In this document: in pieces, positions 1 through 13,599 of the stretch
How the letters are laid out: each line of letters opens with the position of its first letter
How positions within the stretch are numbered: position 1 is the first letter of the stretch
The notes under the pieces: generated by a model
What the model was told of the DNA's origin: nothing
Databases searched by the model: none
The model's input: only the letters and a program-made list of their open reading frames with translations
Position numbers and translations under genes: made by a program
NCBI RefSeq assembly: GCF_006345805.1
Contig: NC_043007.1
Coordinates: forward strand, 56,916,001-56,980,000
Direction: 5' to 3'
DNA length: 64,000 bases
DNA from: Octopus sinensis
Lineage: Eukaryota

Positions 1-149
1 TTATAATCAAATGTGATCTTCATATGGTAAAATACAACCTCCTACACTGGTTTTAGTGTTTTAAGGTGATTTTCTTTTTAATCACCAAATTTTGTATGCC
101 CTGATCAATATTTCTAAAATGTGTTTTTACATTCACTAGATTTGTTGAT

Positions 150-2430
150 CACACTTCAAAACCTGGTCCCCAACCTTCCCTAAAGGATCAGTGATTTGTC
201 TGTTTCCTTATCTATGAGGACTTTGGTCTTTGGCAAATTAACTTTAAGGCTCTTTGATTCCAGTCCTTTCTTCTACACTTGAAATTTCTTCTCTTGTTCT
301 GGTAGTGATTGAGCAAACAAGGTCATCAGCATAGAGGAGCTCCCAAGTACAGCCAGTCTTAAATTCCTGTTATGGCCTGGAGGACCATGATAAACAAGAA
401 GGGGCCAAAAACCAATCTTTGGTGAACTACCTGCACACTAAATTTTTTGCTATACTTATTGCTGACTCTCACCTTACTGACAACATCCCAGTACATGGCT
501 TGCACAGCTCTCACCAACCACTCATCTAGCCCTAGTTTCTGCATTGTCCACCAGATAAGGGAGCATGGGACCCTGTCTAAGGTCTTCTCCGTGTCAACAA
601 AAACCAAATACAAAGGTTTGTTTTTGGCTAGGTACTTCTCCTGAAGTTGCCTCACTAGTAAAATAGCATCAGCGGTGCTTCTTCTTGGAATAAAACCTAA
701 CTGCATCTCATCTAGGCTAACTCTCTTCTTAATTAATTGAGTGATGACCCATTCTGCAACTTTCATTACCTAGTCCAGCAATTTGATAACTCTGTAAATA
801 GTTCTGCCTAAGGCATCACCTTTACCTTTGTAGCAGTTCACTAATGATGTTACACCAGTCGTTGGGTATGTCCCTTGTGAACAATCTGATTAACTATATG
901 GGTGACTTGGCCATGTCCCACATTGCCAGATATTTTGAGCATCTCAGCAGATTCCCTGTCTTCATATACTTAAATGCTTTATCTAAACTACTGTCAGTTC
1001 AGATAGCCAGTTCCTCTGTTGGGTCCACATAAAGAAGGCTCCCCCTCTCCCATGCATTCTCTACATTCAGCAGCCTTTCATAGTGACATTTAGAAGCCTC
1101 TTTCTTCACAGAAATACTAACTGCAAATGAACCATCATCCATGCAAATTTGCTCTTCTTTCTCACAACATCACGGCTTTCTTGGACACACTGTCTTGCAA
1201 TCTGAAACACCTCAAGCCTTTGATCCCCATGCCACAAAACATTGGCAAACTTCTTCCTTGAATAAGTATACCTGTCTCCTAGCTTCTCTTCTAGCTATCT
1301 TATATAGTTCTCTGCTACCACCACACTTCCAGTCCTTCCAGGTCTGTTACTTCACACTAAAGGCCCTGTCTGCTACACTGTTCCACTACCATGTCACCCT
1401 GGAGTCTGTTTACAAATTTGCGCCAGCCACAAATTTGCTCTGTGGCTCTCAGTAAGCTGTCCCATAAGAACTTCCAGTTATCTTCTATGTTGCATGTCTG
1501 CAACTCCTCCTCCTCCTCATTAAATGCTTCATTTAGGATATCCCTAAATCCTTGGCTATTCAAAAGTCCTTAAGTTTCCAAATCTTTCTTTTCCTAACTG
1601 GTCTACTTCTTGGAATCATTCTAGACTGAACGAAGTTACTAATGACTAACCTATGCTGAGGGGTACATTGTTCACCAGGGAAGGTCTTTACATTTACGAG
1701 CAACCATAGATCTCACTTTCTGATGAGAATGTAATCAATCTGGCTAGCTTGGCCTCCAGATTGATATACAATCAGGTGACTGGCTGGCTTCCTGAAGTTG
1801 GTGTTGCAGCTCATTAAGTTATTTACATAACAGAACACCAGAAGCCTTATTCCCTCCACATTACAGGAACCAAATCCATGGCCACCATGCACACTGCAGA
1901 AGACACATGGTTGCTGCCCAACATGTTTATTGAAGTCACCAACCAAGGTCATTGTCATTTGCCTTTGAGGCAGTCTAAAAACAATTCTTTTGTTCATTTG
2001 GCAAACCCAGTTGAGGGGCATGGGCAAAGATCACTGTTGCTGTACTACTTTGCAAAACTATCCTTGGCTTAAGTATTCTATTGCACACTATCTCAATCAC
2101 CTTATCTGCTCATTTCTCAGCTAGAAGTATGCCCATTTTATCTACCCTATCACTATTGCCTTTCCAGAATATTTTATATCTACATTTTTTTGCCTGTGAG
2201 GAACCTGGCTGGAGCTCCCCTCCACCTTTCATTCTGAATGCAATACACATCAACATGCCTCCATTCAAGCATCTCAACAATCTCATCAGACCTACCTTTC
2301 AATGTGCTTACATTGGCAGTGCCAACTCTAAGGAAGTAAAAGAGGAAGCAGGAGAGAACAGGGAGAAGGAAGACAACATTCAACATTTGAAAAGGTTTCA
2401 ATGAGCGTTTGCCAGCAGACATGTCATATT
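150..2430 (-). mobile_element. Degenerate RTE-clade LINE (APE endonuclease + RT), 3' part truncated
   Basis: ORF pieces: APE N-terminus RVGTANVSTLKGRS (2180-2422), APE C-terminus GQASQIDYILIRK (1713-2027), RT LDEMQLGFIPRRSTADAI (359-766). Many stops and frameshifts. Ends approximate. Confidence 0.88.
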
Positions 2431-2526
2431 ACTCACATTTAATCTACCAACAATCATTCATGTTACACTTGCTGCAAACACACACACACACAGACCAGAC
2501 AATTATATATATATATATATATATAC

Positions 2527-2668
2527 CTTATCTGCTTTTGGTTTAGATTTAGCTTTGGATCGTAAAGTTGTATCAGCAGGAGGCTTTGAGAACAATTCGT
2601 CAAATTCATCAAAATTGATGCTGGTCTCATTAAGTTCTTCCCACAGTAAAACATGGTCTGTTGAAGAG
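2527..2668 (-). CDS. FMN2: Formin (FMN/cappuccino family) exon, start of FH2 domain
   Basis: Acceptor tttttacAG (2669-70) and donor GTATAT (2521-26). 142 nt, phase 2 in and 0 out. Encodes SSTDHVLLWEELNETSINFDEFDELFSKPPADTTLRSKAKSKPKADK, resembling the FMN W-E-x-x-E...F-E-E-L-F-S-K motif. Phase matches the 12048-12144 exon. Confidence 0.92.
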
Positions 2669-2955
2669 CTGTAAAAACAAAAAAGGTAAATGATATTGCA
2701 GATTATCTGAGGTGTAGTTTCTACTAGCCGAACATTATTTATAACAACAACAATAATGACTTCTGATTTAGTCACAAGGCTGGCAATTTTGAAGGGAAGG
2801 GATTAATTGATGTCACGTAGCCTGTAAAAAAAATAGCCAACGTTTTTGATAATTGCACTTTACTGCAACCTAATGCAACAGTACTGAATACAAATCTAGA
2901 ATGAGAGAGACAGAAATCTTTTGTCACCATCAAGCCTAACAGAATCTCTCTATAC

Positions 2956-3202
2956 CTGTGGTTCTCAACTTGTTTTTTTTTTACCTGTCGACTTCTTTGA
3001 TTCCTATTTTACTCTGGTGGACCCCCATAGCCATTCGATGTTTAAGAAAATCCTTTTATATTTTTATAATTAAATATTACAAGAAATTTTATTTAAAAAA
3101 TTAAAATATTTTGTGCATAACTGATTTATTATACATAAATTTTAACAACAAAATCTTATATGGACCCCTAAGGGTTATATGGACCCCAGTTGAGAAACAC
3201 TG
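2956..3202. mobile_element. hAT-type MITE
   Basis: TIRs ctgtggttctcaac / gttgagaaacactg. The flanking 8-mers ctctatac and ctcaacac match at 6/8, consistent with a decayed 8-bp TSD. Confidence 0.6.
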
Positions 3203-3439
3203 CTCAACACATTCTCACCTTTTTATTCTTCACTTAAACATTATGTTGTCAGTGACTCTAAATCTATCCCCAATGGCACCACAAGCACTATATTTCTTAT
3301 CAATAAATAAATAATCCATCCCATTGGTACAAGCTCAGGAATTTGTATGAAATGAGTGAAGTTGAATGAACTGAGTCCTACACACATCAGTCTTAATGTT
3401 AATGACTGCCAAAAGAAATAAAAGTTCAATACTGGTAGT

Positions 3440-4320
3440 GCAAAGTGCATTATAGAAGTTTCGGGACTTTTTCAAAAGAGACATTTATAAATTCCAAAGA
3501 AGTTCAAAACTCTAATCTCCTTCAAAGTAGGATCTTCTGACTTCAATGCACAGGTTGTAGTGCCCTAGCCACTTTGTGAAGGCCCCATGGAAGTCCTCCA
3601 AAGTGAACGTGTCCAGAACACTTGTCACAGTCTCTTTCATCTTTTCTCTTTCAGTTTAGGGAACAAGCAAAAGTCACAGGGAGCAAGGTCTAGATTGTGG
3701 AGAGTGTGAGGGATAGTTTCAATGCCTATCTATGTCAAGTAGTTGTTAACAGGATGGAACTGGGGACTGGTGCATTGTCCTGGTGGAGGTGCTCTGGTCG
3801 TTTGCGACAAATCTCTTCCTGAACTTCCACAAAGTATTCTTTGTTGACCCTCTGGCCAGAGGGAACATAATGAATGTAGATGATGCCCTTGCTGTTGAAA
3901 AAGGGGACCATCATGAGCTTCCCTACAGACTTGTTTTTCCTGGCCTCTTATGCAAGTGAAAAACAGATGCTTGGCTCATACAAGTTAACCTATAAGCAGT
4001 TTGGAGCATTTCATAAGTTTCTGTAGCATTTTTGCCCACTTTAACACAAAACTTTATTGCATGGGGGAAGCTTCCTAATTATCTTCACATCTCAACTACA
4101 TTTTGCAAACTAGTCGGCTGCAACAAGCAGCATTTGGTTTTAAGTGCTGTTACAGCTGTCTTCATCAAGCTGGAATGACAAAAGATGGTGTGTCAGCCTA
4201 TTTGATGTATAGCAATGCTGCCCAAAATTTTCCTGAACATGGGCCGGATTTAAGAAAAAACAGCGCCAGTTGGCCAGACTCACATTTCTAGTCTTTCATT
4301 TTTTAATACAACTACTAGAA
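3440..4320 (-). mobile_element. Degenerate mariner transposase remnant
   Basis: Minus-strand translation near 4000-4070 gives HAIKFCVKVGKNATETYEMLQTAY, a mariner HTH start. The remainder is disrupted and the boundaries are approximate. Confidence 0.55.
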
Positions 4321-4475
4321 ATGGTTTGAAAAAGTATTCAGGACTATTTTACTATTTTATTTACAGAAATTACTCATTATATAATTATTATTCATAACTC
4401 AATTTATACATACCTATGATGCTACTTCTACTTTGTCATTGCTATCAAAAAATTATAGCCTCCAGATATTACATG

Positions 4476-5233
4476 TAAGCTAAGAATCCCTCTTGTTTTT
4501 TCTTTAATCACCTCATTCATTCAAATTCATCTATTCTCTAGAACAACTCTTTCTTGTTTGTTTTCACCCTACGACTAACCTTGTTTCTTGGCTACATGAA
4601 GAAGGAGTTATTTTAGAGAAGAGTATGAAATAACTCCTTCTTCTTTGCTCTAGCCCTTAAAATGACCTTTTGTATCGCTATGTATTCTACAGTGCTCACT
4701 AAAATAATTTCTTTCTTTCCTGTCTATGTCTCTCTTATCTCTTGTTGCAATGACTACTCCCTGCTTTTCTTCCTTGAAGCTTTAGGCTAAGGCTGTCTAC
4801 TTCGTCCATTTCTGGCTGTCACCTCCCCCTTCTCAGACTTTGTTAGTTTATTCCATGTGTTCATCGGCTGATGACACTCAAAAATATGCACAGCTAAGCT
4901 AAGAATCCCTCTTGTTTTTTTTAATCACCTCCCTCTCTCCCTCTCTCTCTTTGGGAGAGGCACAAGCACCTACACGCACATATGCACACACGGCAGTAAC
5001 TTCCACCTACCGAATTCAATCACAAAGCTCCGGTCAGCTCGGGGCTATAGTGAAAGACACCTACCCAAAGTGCCACGTCTCATTCATTCAAATTCATCTA
5101 TTCTCTAAAATAATTCTTTCTTATTTGTTCTAACCCTACAATGACTAACCTTGTTTCTTGGCTACATGTATATACTTATTTCATACTCTTCTTTAAAATA
5201 ACTCCTTCTTGTTTGCTCCAGCCCTTAAAATGA
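4476..5233. repeat. Local ~190-bp direct duplication; second copy interrupted by a SINE fragment
   Basis: taagctaagaatccctcttg...gcccttaaaatga occurs at 4476-4666 and 4895-5233. About 150 bp of SINE-like sequence (4931-5078) is present only in copy 2. Confidence 0.75.
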
Positions 5234-5277
5234 TTGGTGATTGTGCCCACCCTTTCCCACTCCTGCCACCAATACCG

Positions 5278-5407
5278 GAAATCTCTTTCTCTCTCACTCT
5301 TAATTGAAATCTCTTTCTCTCTCACTCTTAACAGAAATCTCTTTCTTTCTCACTCTTAACAGAAATCTCTTTCCCTCTCACTCTTACCGGAAATCTCTTT
5401 CTCTTAC
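5278..5407. repeat. 28-bp minisatellite, ~4.5 copies
   Basis: Unit gaaatctctttctctctcactcttaa(c/t)n starts at 5278, 5306, 5334, 5362 and 5390. Confidence 0.9.
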
Positions 5408-5419
5408 TGGACATCCAGC

Positions 5420-8200
5420 TTCAGGAAGCCAGCTAGCCATCTGATAACTTATCAATAAGGTGACTCTACTAGCCAGATCGATTTCATTCTCACCTGACTG
5501 CAGGATGCATGGTTGCTCTTAAATACAAAGACCCTCCCTGGTGAAGAATGTACCCCGCCCCCAAACATAAACTAGTTATTAGTGACTTTAGATTCGAGGC
5601 CAGAAGGATGCCAAAAAGCAGACCAATCTAGAAAAGAAGGACTTGGAAGCTTAGGAGCCCTTCACATGGTCAGAGATTTAGGGATATCCTTACTGAGAAA
5701 TTTGACAATAGGGAGGAGGAACTACAGTCCTGTGACATAGAAGGCAGCTGGGAATTCCTGCAAGACAGCTTGTTGAGTGCCACAGACCAAATCTGTGCTG
5801 GTGCAAAGTCCCTTCCAGACCTAGGGTAACATGGTAGTGGAATAATACTGTAGACAGGTCCAACAGAGCAAAGAAACAGGCCTGGAAGAGTGGGAGTAGC
5901 AGGGAACTGTATCAGATAGCCAGAAGGGAAGCTAGGAAACAGGTATATATAGCCAAGAGAATAGCAGAAAAGAGGTTTGCCAATGTTCAGTGACATGAGA
6001 ACCAAAGAACTGAAATATTTCGGATTGCAAGACTGTGTGTGAGAGAAAACCATGATGTCATAGGAGAGAAATGTGTCCGCATGGATGATGGTGCCCTTGT
6101 GTTTAATGATGCTGCAAAGAAAGAGGCTTGGAGAAGCCATTATAAAAGACTGCTGAAAGTGTAGTCTGCCAAAGGTTGACCAAATTGAGGGACCAGTTAT
6201 CCAAATCAACAGTACCCAGGTAGATAAAGCAATTAAGGATATGAAGATAGGGAAAACACCTGGCCCATCAGGAATCACCGCTGCGATGCTTAAAATATTG
6301 GGCAGTGTGAGTTATGGTCTGGTCACCTGCATTGTAAATCAGGTAGTTCATGAAGGAGTCATACCCAATGACTAGTGTAGCAGCACCATAGTCAGTCAAC
6401 TGCTACAAGGGGGAAAGGTGATGCTTTAGATAGAAATAACTACAGTGGTATCAAATTACTGGATCAGGTGATGAAAGTTACAGAGAGGGCCATAGCCCAA
6501 CTAATTAGGGAAAGAGTTAGCCTAGATGAGATGCAGTTTGGTTTTGTGCCAAGCAGAAGCACCACTGATGCTATATTTCTGGTAAGGCAACTGCAGGAGA
6601 AATACCTAGCCAAAGATAAACCTCTGTACTTGGCTTTTGTTCACTTGGAGAAAGCCTCTGACAGGGTCCCTCAATCCTTTATCTGGTGGTCAATGTGGAA
6701 ACTGGGGATAGACGAGTGGCTAGTGAGAGCTGTATAAGCCCTGTACAGGGATGCTATCAGTAAGGTGAGAGTTGACAATGAGTATAGTGAAGAATTCCAA
6801 TAGTCCTCCAGGCAATAACAGAGGAATTCAAGACAGGCTGCCCCTGAGAGCTCCTCTATGCTGATGACCTTGCTCTAATAGCCGAGTTACTGCCAGAACT
6901 GGAGACGGAGTTTAGCGTGTGGAAGCAAGGTCTAGAATCGAAGGGCCTTAGGGTTAACCTAGCAAAAACCAAAGTCTTAATAAGTAGGAAGGCTGTCAAA
7001 TCACAACCCACTTCAGGTAGATGGCCGTGCTCGATCTGTAGAAAAGGCGTGGGTAGAAACTCTGTAAAATGTACCCAGTGTAAGCTATGGACACATAAAA
7101 GGTACAGCATTATCAAAAGAAGGTTAACCAGGAAAATAGTTTTTGCATGTGGCAGATGCACTGGGCCAATAAACACTGAAGATGTACAGAACACAGATTC
7201 CATCACATGCCAGTGGGAGAAACTAGAAATAGTCAATAGCTTCCACTACCTAGGCAACCAAGTCTGTAGTGGGGGTGGTTGCTCTGAGAGTGTAGCAGCT
7301 AGAATAAGAATAGCCTGGGCAAAGTTCAGGGATCTCCTACCTCTGCTGGTAACTAAGGGCCTCTCGCTCAGGGTGAAAGGTAGACTGTATGATGCATGTG
7401 CGTGAACTGCCATGCTACACAGCAGTGAAACATGGGCCATGAATGCTGAGGACATGCATAAGCTTGAAAGAAATGAAACTAGTATGATCCACTGGATGTG
7501 TAATGTCAGTGTGCATACACAACAGAGTGTAAGCACCCTGAGAGAAAAGTTGGGCATGAGAAGCATCAAATGTGGAGTGCAAGAGAGGCGACTGCACTGG
7601 TATGGCCATGTGTTACGTACGAATGAAGACAGCTGTGTGAGGAAGTGCCACTCCCTAACTGTAGAAACAACCTGTGGAAGAGGTAGACCCAGAAAGACAT
7701 GGGATGAGGTGGTGAAGCATGACCTTCAAACATTGGGCCTCACAGAAGCAATGACAGGAGACCGGGACCTTTGGAGATATGCTGTGATTGAGAAGACCCG
7801 GCAACTAAAGTGAGATCACAGCCACGCATGTCCGGCCCAGTTAAGAATACCCCTGATGCGTCAGGTAATATAATATGTTTGAGAAAACCCGTTGAGTCAA
7901 GTAAAACCAATATCATAGCTGGGGCCAATGCTCCCTGACTGGCTCCCATGCCAATGGCATGTAAAAAGCACCACCCAAACGTGATCAATGCCAGGTTTGC
8001 CTGACTGGCTCCTGTGCTGGTGGCATGTAAAAAGCACCCATTACAATCTTAGAGTGGTTGGCATTATGAAGGGCATCCAGCTGTAGAAACATTGCAAGAT
8101 CAGATTGGAGCCTGGTGCAGCTGCTGGATCTCCAGACCTGTCAAACCATCCAACCCATGCCAACATGGAAAATGGACGTTAAACAATGATGGTGATGATC
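5420..8200 (+). mobile_element. 5'-truncated degenerate RTE LINE with 3'UTR and (ATG)n tail
   Basis: RT ORF pieces 6468-6737, 6917-7405 and 7412-7813 (MQFGFVP..STTDAIFLVRQLQEKYL; RLHWYGHV; GRGRPRKTW). The 3' end is catggaaaatggacgttaaacaatgatggtgatg. Confidence 0.9.
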
Positions 8201-8349
8201 ATCATCATGAAAAATAATTTGACTTCTAACTTTACATTCTACAAAATAAATTTAACAACTGATCAAGATTTAAGAAAAAAACATTTGTTCAAATGGCATT
8301 TTATTCAATAATAAACAATTTCATTTTGGATGTATAATGAATGAAAATA

Positions 8350-10137
8350 TCAATGAGAAACTTGAAATTGTTTCCAGTCATCAAGAAACTTTTCAATATC
8401 TACTGGAATATTTGTTAAGGCCAGTTGGAGTTTATCTTTGAGGTGAGCATCTCTCAAAGAATCTCTTTTGTTCGATTTTACCAATTGCATACAACTGAAG
8501 AGGTATTCACATATCGATGTCAAACTGAACAAAATGAGAAAGTGTTTTGAGTAGCAAGTAAAATTTGGATATTGAGTGTAAGGTAGACTGCATTTGTAGA
8601 AGCTCATCAGATTCCTTTTTAAAAACTGACTCTTGACATCACAGTCTCTTTGTAATTCATTCAATTCCATTTGAAGTTCAAAGGGGGCATCAGTAAGATA
8701 CACGTCAAAAGGCATTGAAAAAGTTTTCAATGGTCTTCACAAGCACAGGAATCCTTAAATCTCCTGGAAAATTCTTCTTGGATCTGTTTTAACTCACTCA
8801 CAAAGAATTCCTGGTTTATGGTTGAAATGTACAATTGTTCCTGAAGGCAACAAAAATGAGCACAATTGCTGTCAGCAATTTAAGCAATCCACAGTCCAGT
8901 TCCTTTTGGAAAGCTGTCACTTCCTGAAACAAATTATGGATGAGTTTTTTTCTTTCCTTGTAACCACACATTCAACTCATTCAGCTTGTCTATAATGTCC
9001 ACCAGAGAAGAAAACTTATTCATCCATTTGATGCATGGATTTCCTTTTGCTTCAAGAAATGCTGCTACATGTTCTCGAATATCGTAAAAACATTTCAGGG
9101 CATGGCTACGGCTGAGCCACCTGATCTCAGCAAAGTAAGGGATGCCAGCAAATACCGCATCTATCTCAGTGAGAAAATTTCGAAATGGTCAATGATTTAA
9201 TGCACGACTCTGAATGAAGTTGACAGCTTTCACGATATTATCCATGACGTGATCAAATTTAATGATGTTGGAGCAAAAATGATTCCTGATGGAGAATACG
9301 ATGGTACCACACTATTTGGTCTTTACTTACACTCAGGGATTCCAGCTTTCTTTGGATGAAACTACACAAGCCTTGTTCCTTGCCAATTATCACCAGTGCA
9401 CCATCGGTAGCAATTTCCACCAGGCAATTGTAAGTCAGTCCCACCTTTTCAAGCACTGTATCGATTTCTTTGCAAATAATATAATCAACATCTCACACGA
9501 AAATCGCCAGTTGTGGTGTATCAGTAATGTCAGTAGATTCATCGATGACAATGCTGTAAGCTCCAAAGTTTTTACAAAGTTCGTTCAACTGCATTTTTGT
9601 ATTTTTGGCCAGTTCTTCAATCCTTCAGGTCATAGTACTACGCAACAAACTAAGACATTTTATAGCTTTCTCTTTCTCTGGGCATAGAATTTAAGTCACC
9701 AAGGTGATACATTCTTTGACAAAATCTCCTTCAGAAAAAGGTTTCATGATGCATGCAATCTTTTCAGCAATGATGAAACTTACTTTGGCATATTTTCTCG
9801 ATTCATCATCTATTTTCCAAAAAATATTCTGTTGCAAGACTAAATTCCTTTGAAGTAAAAGCACTTTCTCCTTGCGTTGATCTCCTTCATAACAATTATG
9901 GGTCAAAGCGTGCTTTAATGTGTAATGCCATTTCACATTCTCAACTTTTGGAACTGCGACTGTTTCACCACAAATCAGGCAGAGACGTTTTGTATTTGAT
10001 TCCACAAAGAAATATAAATTTGTCCATGCCTCATTAAACCTGCAATTTTCCTTGTCTACCTTCCTGATTTTTCTAGCCAATGCTATGGATAAACAAAATT
10101 TGAAACTTATTGTAAAAAAAGAAGCTAATTTGCTCAT
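8350..10137 (-). mobile_element. hAT (Buster/SPIN, GTF2IRD2/EPM2AIP1-like) transposase pseudogene
   Basis: N-terminal zinc-finger-like region FNEAWTNLYFF...CLICGETVAV...HYTLKH; IATDGA catalytic-like motif (9259-9456); C-terminal dimerisation-like region FSLTSICEYLFSCM (8350-8730). Multiple stops. Confidence 0.85.
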
Positions 10138-10700
10138 CAGTATCAGAAGGCTTCCATATCAAAGGTTGTGTCAGAGTAAATTTGAAATTGAATCACCTCA
10201 AATGCCAGCTTTATTGATGCGGAAAAGTCATGTGATATTATTCCTAAGAAACAACACCCTCAACCACAATAGATTATTGTGGAGCACATCTTCAACCTGC
10301 TGAGGTGAGCGCTCTGAGGCTTTTGATTACATGACCAAATCAACCAATCGTACACGCTGTGGTAAGTCACTTTTTATCCACTTTCGATGTCAGTAAATGG
10401 AAAGGCACTATTTTTAGACTTGACGCAACAACATTCAACCAAAACTGAAAACTTCAAATCAATGCTTCTGGAAATCAGGACCACCTGTTGCTTGGCATTT
10501 TGGTTCTCCTGGGCAAGGTCTCAAATGCCACCACCTCCCATCTGTTTGAACTCAGCTTAGAGTTGTTCTCAGCCAGAGGGTGGGTGGAAACCCAAGTTCT
10601 GGCGAAAAATTGTAACATGAAAAATTATTATGGTAATTTACTGGAAAAGAAAACAAGAAAAGAGCAGCCGAACGCCACAAATTTTTCAGATAGAGCCTAT

Positions 10701-10968
10701 CATAGAAATAAATTTCAGGTTTTGTTTGTCCATACGAGCAAGCATGGGGAATCAATTTTTATGCTTTCAGGTTAACACAGTATGCATATATGAAGTGTTG
10801 CTTGTGGCAGTGTGAAAGAAGGCATGTTCCCTGGGCAGCACCTCAATCGGGGGCAGAGGTAGAAAAAACACATATGCCATGCCACCCCATTAGGGGAGGG
10901 GTGGAACTTTTGCAAGCAAGGGACCTCCAGTGACATGGAAGAAGAAAACCTAAAATTTATTTCTATGG
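10701..10968. mobile_element. Small element bounded by ~33-bp imperfect inverted repeats (MITE-like)
   Basis: catagaaataaatttcaggttttgtttgtccat (10701-10733) versus the reverse complement of 10936-10968, with about 4 mismatches. Confidence 0.5.
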
Positions 10969-12047
10969 TGAAAGCTATGCACATACAAGGCACACAGAAT
11001 GCAGAGTTGCAAGCTGCTTTGAGAACTGTTTATTGGCAGCCAATAATCATTTATTAATCAAAGAAAAATAACAGTAGTAAGCTTCTGCGTTAATATTAAG
11101 GAATAAGGTGAAGAACGACTAACGGGCCAGATTCTAAGGCTTCGAAGGCCAGACGTTGGGCAGCACGGATGTATAGTAATGATATACTAAAATTATAGTA
11201 ACCTAGGACAGTTAGAATTGCCTCCCCTAAAAAGTACTTTTGATACCAAACAATGAGGAGCAAAACTAAACAGAGTAAGGTATTTGGACCAGTGATCTGC
11301 TATTTCTGATACACCACCACTGTGAGTTGTAGTTCATTCAAAAACATACCGAATACCTTTCATACAAACATTCAATTATAACTTAAAATCAACTGAGTTG
11401 TACTCAACCACCACTGGCCCAGAACACTTCTAAAATTAGACTTCAAAGACAAAAGCAGCCACATTACTTCAAACCACACTCTACTGTTTTGATAAACAAG
11501 AAACACATTCGACAATGTAGTCCCTAAAGGCTAAAATAATTATATTTGGAGTGTTTTGATCACAGGTTTGCCCTATCATAGCTATCTTGTGGCTAAACAA
11601 CTACAACACTATTATTAAACAACAAAATGGCTTAACTATTAACAACAGGAATTAATAAAGCTAGCATTTAACTTTGTAGACTGGAATGATGAGCATCATG
11701 AATAGGACACCAACACTTCACAAGTCACACAAACCTAAAAGTAGAAATTCAAATCAAACGGGACAGTTATGAAGTCATAAGTCATAATCTTAAAGTTTCA
11801 TAATGTATCCAGTCAACCTGCTAGAAATAGCAGCCAAATCTCCCTCAAATCACACCCATTTGTTGTAAATGGACATGTTAATGTTGTTCTGGGTGCACTG
11901 TACTTGGGGAGTCATAGCTAGAATGTCTTTGGTGACAGATTTGCTTAACCAAGACTGATTTGGGAATAAACAACAACATGATCAATTTGTTTCAATAAAT
12001 CAATGAATCTGTAAATCAATAAATACATGTATCAATTGATAGCTTAC

Positions 12048-12144
12048 CCAGCAGGCTGTTTCCTTTTGACCTCTTGGACTTGAATACGGGTCCAGAATAG
12101 TGGTTTCATGATTGATTTTGGGTGCACAACTGGTTTAGAGGAAG
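12048..12144 (-). CDS. FMN2: Formin exon, FH1-FH2 junction
   Basis: Acceptor ttttactgccAG and donor GTAAG (12043-47). 97 nt, phase 1 in and 2 out. Encodes SSKPVVHPKSIMKPLFWTRIQVQEVKRKQPA, containing the FMN-family MKPL(Y/F)WTRIQ motif. Confidence 0.95.
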
Positions 12145-12320
12145 CTGGCAGTAAAAAACAAAACCAAGAAATGAATTTGTGGTCAGCATTATATAAACCA
12201 TTGTAGATTTAAGAGTACAACGTGTTCAAAAGTTGAAACCAAGTAGCAACCCTAATATTGAATCCTGCTTGCCTTAAACTACTTGTCTGGCAACAGTCCT
12301 TGTATTGACCTCTGCTTGTC

Positions 12321-12536
12321 TTAACTGTTTAGCATTTAAACTACCATATCCAGCCAAAATATTCTACCAGTTTTATGTCCAAACTGGTCAGATCTAGCCT
12401 CTCACAATCTTATTCTAGAAATAAACAATCATAAACAGTCACTGAAATCTCAAAGTCATGAGATAATGCATGACTGATTCAAATGAATGTGAATAAATAA
12501 GCATTACATTTGACAGAATAATCTGAATGCTAAAGG
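12321..12536. mobile_element. piggyBac-like MITE (TTAA-CCCTTTAGCATT type); related copy at ~18390-18621
   Basis: Ends ttaactgtttagcatt ... aatgctaaagg. The second copy shares internal sequence and ends aatgctgagggTTAA. Confidence 0.5.
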
Positions 12537-12727
12537 CATCAAAAGCACTCCACAAACGAACATCCTGCATTACTTATAGATGTGTCTACAACTACATTAC
12601 CCTATGTAATGTACTCTCCAATCTTTAAATGTTTTGCTATATCCAGCAGGTCAAGTGAGCACCAAGAACTTTGCAAATTGATTCATTCAATGTTTTTCCA
12701 CAAAGTAGTTAAAAATAAGATATTACA

Positions 12728-12990
12728 GTCAAGATCGTCATCATCATCATTTAGTGCCTGCTTTCCATGCTGGCATGGGTTAGACAGTCTGACTTGGACT
12801 GGTAAGTCGGTGAACTGTACCAGGCTCCATTTTCTATGGCCGGATACCTTTCCTCCAACCACTCCAAGAGTGTAGTGGGTGCCTTTTACAAGTCACTGAC
12901 ACTGGCCACAACTAAGATTTCACTTGGTTTGATGTGTCTTCTCAAGCACAGCAAATCATCAAAGGTCTTGATTACTTGTCATCACCTCCA
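12728..12990 (-). mobile_element. SINE or short copy with RTE-type 3' tail; related copies ~17449-17720, ~28090-28290, ~49283-49340
   Basis: (cat)n followed by ttttccatgctggcatgggtt, the reverse complement of the RTE 3' terminus seen at 8150-8200 and 50053-50110. Confidence 0.7.
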
Positions 12991-13599
12991 TTAGACTCAA
13001 CATCCAAATATATCATGGAGAAATGACATAGCATCAATATGGTTGTTTAATTAAATTGAAACTGGCTGAATCTCATCACACCTTGCTACCTTAAAAAATG
13101 ATTTACTGAACAATGAGGTCTTGAGTAGACAATTCCAGAACAAAAGACAAACTGGTCCCTATGGGAATGCTTGTCATCATAAGTCATTTATAAAGTTTGA
13201 GGCTGAACTTGTGTACTGTTGACTCCACACACACGAATGCACGCACATGCACACATACACACATACACACATAGACATGGGTTGAATTGTTTGATGGCAT
13301 GAATTGAATGGTCTGACAGGATTCAATAAGTCAAGAGACTGCACTGTGCTCCAATATCTGCTTTGGCATGATATTTGTGTAGCTGGACACTCTTCCTAAT
13401 GTCATCCACTTTACAGAGTGCCCAACCACTAACAGGCTTCGGCACAGTTTCTGTCTCCCAAATTCCAGTCACAATGTTTTGGTCAATATGATGCAATAGT
13501 TGACACTTGCCCAAAGCATTGTGCAGTAAGATCAAATGCGGAACCAGGCTGACAATAATAGCAAAAAAAAGATGAAAAATATTACAATGTCTCACTTAC

